The notes below the pieces were generated by a model. It did no database searches and was not told the origin of the DNA. It was given only the letters and a program-made list of their open reading frames with translations. Position numbers and translations under genes: made by a program. This document shows positions 8,718 through 16,392 of a stretch of 64,000 nucleotides of DNA, piece after piece; the stretch's first letter is position 1, and each line of letters opens with the position of its first letter. The stretch spans positions 1 through 64,000 of the IMG/VR virus record IMGVR_UViG_3300009506_000001. One strand, 5' to 3'. Source of the DNA: a virus.

Positions 8718-9098
8718 TTACAGAAATTCACTGCCTGGTGGCATTGGACGACCATCGGGGCCAAGAACAGGAGCTGTTGTGGACCTAGGAACTCCTTCGT
8801 GTTCAGAGGGTTGAAGCTGAATATTGCTCAATGGTACAGGGTTGTGCTGTGGCATTGGCTCAAATGCGGAACGAGATGGTCCTGGTGCCATTGGCGTCAT
8901 TGGAGCCGCTGCGGCGGTTTCGACTTTTACTTCCTTGACTTCAACATCTGGTTTGACTGTGTTGAGTTTCTCTCGAATTGTTTTCCACTGTGTAGGACTT
9001 GGTGTCCAATTTTCTTCTTGCATCGACTCGACACCTTCGAGCCACGCAAGGAATTCTGCGTATGTTACTTTTTTGGTTGATTTCTTTTTGGCTGCCAT
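8718..9098 (-). CDS. Hypothetical protein
   Basis: EFLAWLEGVE...WTPSPTQWKTIREK domain with Pro-rich tail. Confidence 0.7.
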   Translation of the reverse strand: MAAKKKSTKKVTYAEFLAWLEGVESMQEENWTPSPTQWKTIREKLNTVKPDVEVKEVKVETAAAAPMTPMAPGPSRSAFEPMPQHNPVPLSNIQLQPSEHEGVPRSTTAPVLGPDGRPMPPGSEFL

Positions 9099-9112
9099 AA
9101 TATAGATTCCAG

Positions 9113-9601
9113 TTAGACGATGATATCTCCGACTACGAGATCCTTCAAATATTTATTGTACGGATCTGAGGGGCCTACATTCACCCACTCGTTGGGTCCA
9201 ATAGGATGACACAACATTTGATTCTTCGATAGAGAAGGAACATAATTGTAGTCTTCTGGAGTATAATCAAGGAGTTTCACGTTCCCTGGAATAGGCATTG
9301 ATATGTTCGGACCTGAAACCAATGCAGTAAAATCCTTTCCAGCCAATTCCCCGTTCTCAATCACGTCGATCTGCATCGTGTCTTCTGCGTAGACCAACAT
9401 GGTCCACGTTGCAGGCAGTTTGAACCGAAATCCGAGAATCTCAAGCGTGATGGTTGGTGCCACTACCTCTTCCAGAACCAGAAGGGGGGTGAGGGTGAAG
9501 TCTCGCAGCTCCAAATCCAACACCCAGAAGTACTCTGTGGTCATGGGTGTTGTGATACTCTCAACGATGATTGCGTGAGTGTTTTCGTCAAATATTAGCA
9601 T
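9113..9601 (-). CDS. Hypothetical protein
   Basis: 162 aa ORF in operon downstream of UvsW. Confidence 0.7.
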   Translation of the reverse strand: MLIFDENTHAIIVESITTPMTTEYFWVLDLELRDFTLTPLLVLEEVVAPTITLEILGFRFKLPATWTMLVYAEDTMQIDVIENGELAGKDFTALVSGPNISMPIPGNVKLLDYTPEDYNYVPSLSKNQMLCHPIGPNEWVNVGPSDPYNKYLKDLVVGDIIV

Positions 9602-9641
9602 ACTTCCATCTTATTGTTTTAGTTATGGTCTAAGTATACCT

Positions 9642-11138
9642 TTATTCGTCATATTTGACAACAGTCTTTTTGAACGGATAGTGTGCCTCCTTGTAGTACT
9701 TAATTCTTTCTCGTGCGTGTTTCTTTCCATACTTGAGGTCGGAACAAACATCCGACACACTTAGGAAGTCCTTGTCCTTTGCTAAACGCAACCCACGACC
9801 AATACTCTGAATGACCCGAATAAACGACTTACCCAGGTCTATCAACATTAGGTTAAAGATTCTCTTGATGTTCAGTCCCGTGCTTGCAATCTGAACGGAC
9901 GCTATGACAACCAAATCGTTATGTTCTTTGAATAGATCATAGATCTGCTTGCGAACAGCTTGCTTGTCCTTGCCATGAACAAAAATCGCACCCTCAACCT
10001 TTTTGGCCAACTTCTTCCCAAAATTGACACCATCAACAAGACACAGGACGTTGCCTTTGTGTGCATCACGTTTCACTTCAATGAGGTGTGCGATCCATTC
10101 CACACGCTCATCGTATGTCTGTAGGTATCTCTTCTCGTCCGAATACTCAGCAAAGTACGAGTCCTTAAACTGTATGTACGTCTTTGGCTTCTCTGGATTC
10201 TGTCGTAGGTAATCCTCATACTGACGTTTGAAGTTTTCTTCTAGCTGAAAGATATCGATCTTCAACTTGGCTAGATACCCCTCATCAATCAAGACGTGAG
10301 CAGGGATCTCGTAAACCGGATCACCAATAGCAATACGAACAGACATTGCATCAGTTTGTCCTTTGGGCAGCGTGCCTGTCAGTCCAAATCGATACGCAAT
10401 ATTCTTACCGTACTCATTGAGTAGTTTGGTTAGGACGTTACCCTTTGCCCCATGACACTCATCCACAACAACCATCTGGAACTCGTGCATGATGTGGGGA
10501 TTGTTCTGCAACGCCTGCCAGGTAGAAACAACATGCTGATGTTTAATGTCCTTTTCGTCTCCACTATATTCCCCTGTATCCAATCCCCACATAATAAAAT
10601 CAGCTTTCGTCTGCTTGATGAGATCTTGGCTTGGAACGATAGTAATCGTCTTCAAACCAGCTTCACCATAAACGTCACAGAGTGTCGCATTCATTAATGT
10701 TTTACCAGCGCCTGTACCAGCAATGACAATCCCACCGCCGTTGTTAATCAGTGCGTGGACTGCTTCTATCTGGTAATAGCGTAGAACAAATGGCTCTCCC
10801 TCATCGTTCAGTACATGGGAGAAGCGGTCGACAGTAGGCAGTTCAACATCAACGCCTTCATTAACACGACTGTCAATGAGGTCAAGGTTGTATCCCAGTA
10901 CTTTTAGTTTCGGAATGATCTCAGGTAACAGGTAGACATACGTCTTTCCTGTTTTGTGGAAGTAACGGATCTTACCGTCCCACGCACCGAGTTTGTACTT
11001 GGGGTTGAAGAAATAATTTTCCGCCTGACGAGCAAAATGATTGTAAAAGTAATCAGCGTGGTCCGGATGGAGACCGATAATGGCACAATTTACCTCATCG
11101 AGGATCTTTATCTTGGCTGTTCTTTGGTAATTCGACAT
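9642..11138 (-). CDS. uvsW: UvsW-like SF2 DNA helicase
   Basis: WDGKIR, GTGAGKT, DECH, GLTGT, QSIGRGLR. Confidence 0.92.
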   Translation of the reverse strand: MSNYQRTAKIKILDEVNCAIIGLHPDHADYFYNHFARQAENYFFNPKYKLGAWDGKIRYFHKTGKTYVYLLPEIIPKLKVLGYNLDLIDSRVNEGVDVELPTVDRFSHVLNDEGEPFVLRYYQIEAVHALINNGGGIVIAGTGAGKTLMNATLCDVYGEAGLKTITIVPSQDLIKQTKADFIMWGLDTGEYSGDEKDIKHQHVVSTWQALQNNPHIMHEFQMVVVDECHGAKGNVLTKLLNEYGKNIAYRFGLTGTLPKGQTDAMSVRIAIGDPVYEIPAHVLIDEGYLAKLKIDIFQLEENFKRQYEDYLRQNPEKPKTYIQFKDSYFAEYSDEKRYLQTYDERVEWIAHLIEVKRDAHKGNVLCLVDGVNFGKKLAKKVEGAIFVHGKDKQAVRKQIYDLFKEHNDLVVIASVQIASTGLNIKRIFNLMLIDLGKSFIRVIQSIGRGLRLAKDKDFLSVSDVCSDLKYGKKHARERIKYYKEAHYPFKKTVVKYDE

Positions 11139-11269
11139 TTTTATTATAGTTATCTATTTCGGTTTCCGGTAAGGAAAGGTCTTGGCCCTCACCAGAGCGA
11201 CATAGGCTGCACACAACCGAAGGATATCTTCTCATATAGCCACCACGACAAATGTGGCAGTCTATTATG

Positions 11270-11725
11270 TTAGAGGATGACGTCTTCAAGAGCGGCAACT
11301 CTTATTTTTGTAATGTTGTTCAAGGCATACCCTCTCGCCTTAAACGCTTCTACGATCGACACGTATAATTCATACACCTCGTTCGCTGCTAAGTACTTCT
11401 CGTATACTTTCAGGTAAGCCTCTTCCTGGGCAACGTACTTTTCCTTCATGCGTTCAGAAACGTCACGTGGATACTGTTCCATGCCTTGTAGTAAAGTAGC
11501 ACGGACACGATTGATCTCGCTGTCAAAGAATTTTACAAGTGTATGTAATTCAACACGACGCTCATCATAGTACGCCATATGCTGTGGTTGCTCACGATTG
11601 GCAAGCTCAATGGTCTTCCCTTTAATCTCAAGGTGGTGCTCATAGTTTTCCAAGTCCTTCAAATAAGGCTCGAGTACCTTGCTAAGATTAACGTAATCCT
11701 TGCCAACTTGTTCTTTGATGCTCAA
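11270..11725 (-). CDS. uvsY: UvsY-like recombination mediator
   Basis: Helical, ends ARGYALNNITKIRVAALED; lies between UvsX and UvsW. Confidence 0.75.
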   Translation of the reverse strand: MSIKEQVGKDYVNLSKVLEPYLKDLENYEHHLEIKGKTIELANREQPQHMAYYDERRVELHTLVKFFDSEINRVRATLLQGMEQYPRDVSERMKEKYVAQEEAYLKVYEKYLAANEVYELYVSIVEAFKARGYALNNITKIRVAALEDVIL

Positions 11726-12237
11726 TTGACTTTACCCTTTGACTGTTCTGCAAATACAATCATACTAGAGATTTGATCTTTTGACAAACCAGCGGAGCGA
11801 AATTCACCCGCAAGATCAACAGCAGTTTCGATTGAACGATTCTCAGCATCAAAGACGGTTGGGAATTCGGGTGGAGCTTGTTTTTGTAGTTCCTTCAAGT
11901 AATCGACGATTTGGTCAAATGTGCCTGTCTCAGCCAACTCCAACGGAATACCGATGCGGACTACACGTCTCAACTGAGCCTGCAATTCAGGATCGACCGT
12001 AACTTCTGCTCCGTCAGAGGTTGTAAGAATATGACCAAGAGGAAATTCAACTTCACCCGTTACGTAAACCTTGTCGTCGAGTAAAGCAACGTTCTTCCAC
12101 TTTAGTTGGTTCACTACATCATTATCCACCAGACTTGTCGCTGCTTCGATGGCTACAGATAACTCTGCCAACAAAGCGGCCGTAAGATCATGGTAAAGCG
12201 TTTCCCTTTTCTGGTAGATTTCCTGGAGCTGCGACAT
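11722..12237 (-). CDS. Hypothetical protein
   Basis: Likely start MSQLQEIY at 12237, just after the upstream stop. Confidence 0.65.
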   Translation of the reverse strand: MSQLQEIYQKRETLYHDLTAALLAELSVAIEAATSLVDNDVVNQLKWKNVALLDDKVYVTGEVEFPLGHILTTSDGAEVTVDPELQAQLRRVVRIGIPLELAETGTFDQIVDYLKELQKQAPPEFPTVFDAENRSIETAVDLAGEFRSAGLSKDQISSMIVFAEQSKGKVN

Positions 12238-12238
12238 A

Positions 12239-13294
12239 TTACTCCTTGGCCCAGACCAAGTCTTGGACTTCCATGAGAAGTTTCGCAGCAAAATGGATAT
12301 CAGGTTTCTTACGAAGTGGAGTTTCTTTATACCATACATCACGTACTTCTCTATCCTTTTGCTCTGCATATTGCACTAATTGGTCATATGTCCACGCTCC
12401 GTTGCGAATGGCTAACAGCTCCTCCGCATCGGGACGTTTAACGATTACTTCACCGTCACGAAGAGCCTCAACGCCCATACGCAACAGGCGAACCAAGTGC
12501 ATAGCGTGTTTCGTGTCATACCCGAACTGTTCTTCAAGCTCACCACGAGCCTCGTTGCGGTTCTTTTTCCAAGTCCAGTACTGCTCATGCTTTTCTTTGG
12601 CAGTGCGGTACTCGTCCTTGTTGAACCGAACGATCATCTCAGGTGTGCCCAACGTATGACGTTCGCCTTCAAAGTTCGTATTTAGTTTCCCACGAACATC
12701 GTAGGTTTGATAGCCATCAGCAGCGTAAAGGCCATAGAGCTCACCACCATAAGGTACCAACCGATAGTTGTCTTGTACCAGATGGAAGTTGCCAGGCATC
12801 ACCTTAGCGGAGCCGAAGTTTTGCACGAGAGATACAAAGTCCTTAGGAACAGGTGGTTCCTCAGGCTGTGGATTGTTGATCCACTTGTTGTGTCCTTTGA
12901 TCCGTTTTAGCTGAGACAAAGCATATCCACTGAATGTAAATGCAAGTTTGGAAGACAACAGCTCCCTACGATGCTTACGCAACAGATCATAGGCAGGGGT
13001 GCGGAACGTGATGTCAGAATCATCTACCCACAGCGTCTCCACAATATTTGGGTTGCAATCCAAACACAGTTTCATGAAATGAGCAAGCTCGTACAGCTTC
13101 GTGTCTTCCTCGTCAACATCAGCACTTTCACGAACGGTGAAGAAAGGTGTGCGAACATTGACGGGGTCAGCACAGAAGATACCACGAAAGTCCACATCGG
13201 AGGTGGGCAAGTTTGTGCCATACGCAAGTGACCCTGCATAGTGCTTGACCAGCATGTTTTCTTTCATTAATTCTGCTGCTGTTCTCACTTTCAT
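12239..13294 (-). CDS. Pol-beta-superfamily nucleotidyltransferase (RlaP / T4 NrdC.11-like)
   Basis: GSLAYGTNLPTSDVDFRGIF, NPNIVETLW, YDTKHAMHLVRLL. Confidence 0.85.
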   Translation of the reverse strand: MKVRTAAELMKENMLVKHYAGSLAYGTNLPTSDVDFRGIFCADPVNVRTPFFTVRESADVDEEDTKLYELAHFMKLCLDCNPNIVETLWVDDSDITFRTPAYDLLRKHRRELLSSKLAFTFSGYALSQLKRIKGHNKWINNPQPEEPPVPKDFVSLVQNFGSAKVMPGNFHLVQDNYRLVPYGGELYGLYAADGYQTYDVRGKLNTNFEGERHTLGTPEMIVRFNKDEYRTAKEKHEQYWTWKKNRNEARGELEEQFGYDTKHAMHLVRLLRMGVEALRDGEVIVKRPDAEELLAIRNGAWTYDQLVQYAEQKDREVRDVWYKETPLRKKPDIHFAAKLLMEVQDLVWAKE

Positions 13295-13317
13295 TGGAAT
13301 CCCCTAAAACAAATATA

Positions 13318-13359
13318 GCCAGATGGATATAGTATCGTCCATCTGGCCATAAATGTCAA
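13318..13359 (-). promoter_or_regulatory. Sigma70-type promoter overlapped by a 10-bp inverted repeat
   Basis: TTGACA-N17-GATACT; gccagatgga (13318-27) / tccatctggc (13338-47). Confidence 0.65.
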
Positions 13360-13371
13360 CGGGTTAGTTTC

Positions 13372-14451
13372 TTAGTTGTCGTCTTCTGTTAGAAGGCCAA
13401 CTTTGGCGGCACGTCGCTTTTTCCCTGATACTTGTGGCTCAATTTCTTCCTCAGCATCGCCACCAACATCAATAAACTCACGAGACAGAGCCTCACATTT
13501 CATTAAGATGGTTGCAGCATGGTCAGCAACATCTTTCTCATACCAAGACTTGTCCTCGCCAACGATCTGCCAACGAGAACCTTTCTTGACAAGAACGCCC
13601 ATCTCTTCAGCAACGTCACACAGACCAGAATACGGGTCCATACCATCCTCATAAGGAACCATGATTGTAACAGTCTGGAAAGGCTTGGTGAAACGAGTCT
13701 TATATCCCTCTGCCTTCATACGAATACCAGCTACATCGCCTTTGGTCTTATCCTTCAGTTTCAGTTTGGTTAGCATGATGATTTGAGATAGCGAATATTT
13801 AACAGCGTCCTTAACCATCCAGACGCCTTCACCATTCATTACATCCTGATTACGATAGACCTGATCAGTTAGAACGATAGAGATATTTGTGTCCTTAATG
13901 GCCTGAACAAAAGTACGAAGCATCTTCTTGAGCTGCTTGTTCTTCTGCCCTTGATCGCCTTTAATCTGACCTTTGTTAAATTGTTCCTGTTCTGTCTCGG
14001 TTAGAAGCATATCGAGGCTGTCAATACCAATAACAACTGTATCTTCAGCACCGGACGACTTGTAGTTCTTAATGAAATTGGAAACGATCTCCGTGACATT
14101 AGGAATGGTAATCGCTGGAAGGTACATGTAATCTTTTTCAGTGTTGATACCGATAGCCTGAGCGAATCCATCATCGAAGGCATTCTCGGAATCGATCATA
14201 ACTGTAAAAGCACCATCCTTCTGAGCATTTCGGAGGATGTTTCCGAGCACGAAACTCTTACCGGAACCAGCAGGCCCAACAAGACCAACACAACGGCCCT
14301 GTGGAATACCCTTTAAGAAGCTACCAGAGATGATTCGGTTCAGGACGTGGTTGCCAGTCGAGAACCAATAAGAAGGTGGCTTACTTGCCCCTTCTTCAAT
14401 ACCAATCTTGTCTAGGTCCTTTTTGAACCCAGCTAGAAAATCTTTAGACAT
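13372..14451 (-). CDS. uvsX: UvsX/RecA-like recombinase
   Basis: STGNHVLNRIISG, GPAGSGKS, DSENA, IDSL, KTRF; likely start MSKDFL at 14451. Confidence 0.92.
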   Translation of the reverse strand: MSKDFLAGFKKDLDKIGIEEGASKPPSYWFSTGNHVLNRIISGSFLKGIPQGRCVGLVGPAGSGKSFVLGNILRNAQKDGAFTVMIDSENAFDDGFAQAIGINTEKDYMYLPAITIPNVTEIVSNFIKNYKSSGAEDTVVIGIDSLDMLLTETEQEQFNKGQIKGDQGQKNKQLKKMLRTFVQAIKDTNISIVLTDQVYRNQDVMNGEGVWMVKDAVKYSLSQIIMLTKLKLKDKTKGDVAGIRMKAEGYKTRFTKPFQTVTIMVPYEDGMDPYSGLCDVAEEMGVLVKKGSRWQIVGEDKSWYEKDVADHAATILMKCEALSREFIDVGGDAEEEIEPQVSGKKRRAAKVGLLTEDDN

Positions 14452-14512
14452 TATTATTCTCCTACTATGGAAGGGTGTGAGAGGGAGCAATCCCCCTCAC
14501 GTTTACCACTTC

Positions 14513-15418
14513 TTATTCTGCAGCCTTGGACTTACGACGGTTGCGGATCTTCGCTAGAATATCCTCAGACTCGTCGTCAAGCTCGACATCAGAACTTTCT
14601 GCTTCTGTTGTATCTGCCGTTGCAGCAGCAACAGGAGCTTCCTTCTTCTCTGCACGATTGGCAGTTTTCTGAACAGCAGCCGTGAAGCTGGAGTTGTCGT
14701 CGCCTTCAGTTAGAGGTTCACCTGTCATGGCAGCATTTAGAAGAGCTTCGGTCTTCTCGACGCCTGGGTTAGGTGGTAGGAGGGTGTTAAGATCAACGAT
14801 CTCTTCTTCGATCATTGCAATCTCGTCTTCGGTCAGGTCGGATTCACGACGTGCGAAACCTGAACCCAAAGCGTAGGTTGAGTAGTCACCCTGAGCGGAC
14901 TTGATGATGTTGAAGTTACAACCGCCTTCAAAAGCGTAAGGTACATTGTCAAGATCGCCCTTCTCGAAGGCCTTCTTGATAATACCGAACAGCTGGTAGC
15001 CGAGGTTGATGAAACGAACCTTACCTTCGTGCGTCTCACCTGTCTCTTTGTCTGGATCCAGAGGATCTTCAACAACGAGAACCTGACCGATATGCTGACG
15101 CTTCTTCCAGTACTTCTTGCCATTCTCTTCATCGTTGGCTTTGTAGAACTTCTGAGACACAGCACAGATTGGGCAATCCTCACCGTACATGCTCAGACAT
15201 GGAGTGCTACGCTTCTCCCCATTAATAACGAGGTTATGCATAACTTTCTCCACCAAGAACCCCATTGGATTCTCTTCGTTTCTATCTGGAAGGAAACGTA
15301 CCGTAGCCTGTCCGTCCATAGGCATAAGGAAGAATGGGTAGTAGTTGTTTGGGCGGGAACCTGATTGACGCTCAGGTGTGGAAAATGCGTTTTTTAGTTC
15401 GTCAAGACTCTTTTTCAT
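14513..15418 (-). CDS. Single-stranded DNA-binding protein (T4 gp32-like)
   Basis: VRFLP, CLSMYGEDCPIC Zn site, GCNFNI, acidic tail; start MKKSLDEL with SD AGGAG. Confidence 0.9.
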   Translation of the reverse strand: MKKSLDELKNAFSTPERQSGSRPNNYYPFFLMPMDGQATVRFLPDRNEENPMGFLVEKVMHNLVINGEKRSTPCLSMYGEDCPICAVSQKFYKANDEENGKKYWKKRQHIGQVLVVEDPLDPDKETGETHEGKVRFINLGYQLFGIIKKAFEKGDLDNVPYAFEGGCNFNIIKSAQGDYSTYALGSGFARRESDLTEDEIAMIEEEIVDLNTLLPPNPGVEKTEALLNAAMTGEPLTEGDDNSSFTAAVQKTANRAEKKEAPVAAATADTTEAESSDVELDDESEDILAKIRNRRKSKAAE

Positions 15419-15524
15419 TTCTATTCTCCTGTCTATTCTTGTCAAGTTATGATTGTTGTCTTGTTGATCTGGAGTGGTACCCTTTGTACCTTATTCGACG
15501 CTCCACGCCGACCAGATGGCAAAT

Positions 15525-15570
15525 AGTCTAACACTAGATGTTGCTTTTGTCAACTGTAAAAGTATTTATA
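15525..15570 (-). promoter_or_regulatory. Tandem late (TATAAATA, 15563-70) and sigma70 promoters of gp32
   Basis: TTGACA-N17-TAGACT with extended -10 TGn. Confidence 0.75.
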
Positions 15571-15592
15571 CTATTCGCCATCTGGTGGTCTA

Positions 15593-16276
15593 TTAAATTG
15601 CAACCAATTTAACATCCCAAATCTCTTCAACTTTTCGGATAGGACCATTATCAGAAATTTGAACTAATTCACTACAGACCTCTGCATAAGGTTCCTCCCA
15701 CCCAGAATACGCCGCTGCCTCCTGTGAGGGTCTTAGCAGTTGGTTCTCTTTCTCAGTTGTATGATGAACCTGACGGAACACGTCGAAGAAAGCACGCAGT
15801 GTTTCCTTTGTGATACCCTCATTGTGGTAGATGTAACTCATAATTACGTTCCCGGCCCACTGACGAGGATGGAAGTGTTCCTTGCAAGGTTTCTCACTTG
15901 AATCAATGCACGCCTGTGTTCTATAACCCGTCCACCGTGCAGGAAGGTCGTGAATTAGGTTGCCAAGATCCCGAGCGTGTACTCGAAACTCTTCGGGAGT
16001 AATTTCCTCTCGATGTTCCCATAGCCAGTGGTACTTGCGGTATGTTGCATCTACCTTCGCTTGAATCTTAGCCTCTTGTTCTAAGCGACGAATCTCTGCT
16101 TTCATGTTCTTTATGCATTCAGCAAAGTGATCGCTAAACAATTTTGTTGCGGTTGGAATACCAAACTGTTTGAAGCAGTCTTGTCCGAGAGGACCCGCTT
16201 TATTCTCGAGTGTCTTTAATTTACGTTGAAAGGCCCGTTCCCACTTAACGGTTGGATCTAGCTTTCTAGCAGCCAT
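15593..16276 (-). CDS. Hypothetical protein with possible His-Me nuclease motif
   Basis: KEHFHP...HHTTEKEN; SD AAGGAG; own promoter. Confidence 0.6.
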   Translation of the reverse strand: MAARKLDPTVKWERAFQRKLKTLENKAGPLGQDCFKQFGIPTATKLFSDHFAECIKNMKAEIRRLEQEAKIQAKVDATYRKYHWLWEHREEITPEEFRVHARDLGNLIHDLPARWTGYRTQACIDSSEKPCKEHFHPRQWAGNVIMSYIYHNEGITKETLRAFFDVFRQVHHTTEKENQLLRPSQEAAAYSGWEEPYAEVCSELVQISDNGPIRKVEEIWDVKLVAI

Positions 16277-16326
16277 GGTATTCTCCTTCTTTATTCTTAT
16301 TCTTATATGAAGTGAATACTATGTAT

Positions 16327-16389
16327 ATAATATTCTACCTCGGTTTCTTTTGTTCGAGGTAGAATATTATGGTTGGAACACTAAGTCAA
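16327..16389 (-). promoter_or_regulatory. Sigma70-type promoter with a 16-bp perfect inverted repeat over the -10
   Basis: TTGACT-N17-TATTCT; ataatattctacctcg (16327-42) / cgaggtagaatattat (16355-70). Confidence 0.6.
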
Positions 16390-16392
16390 CTA

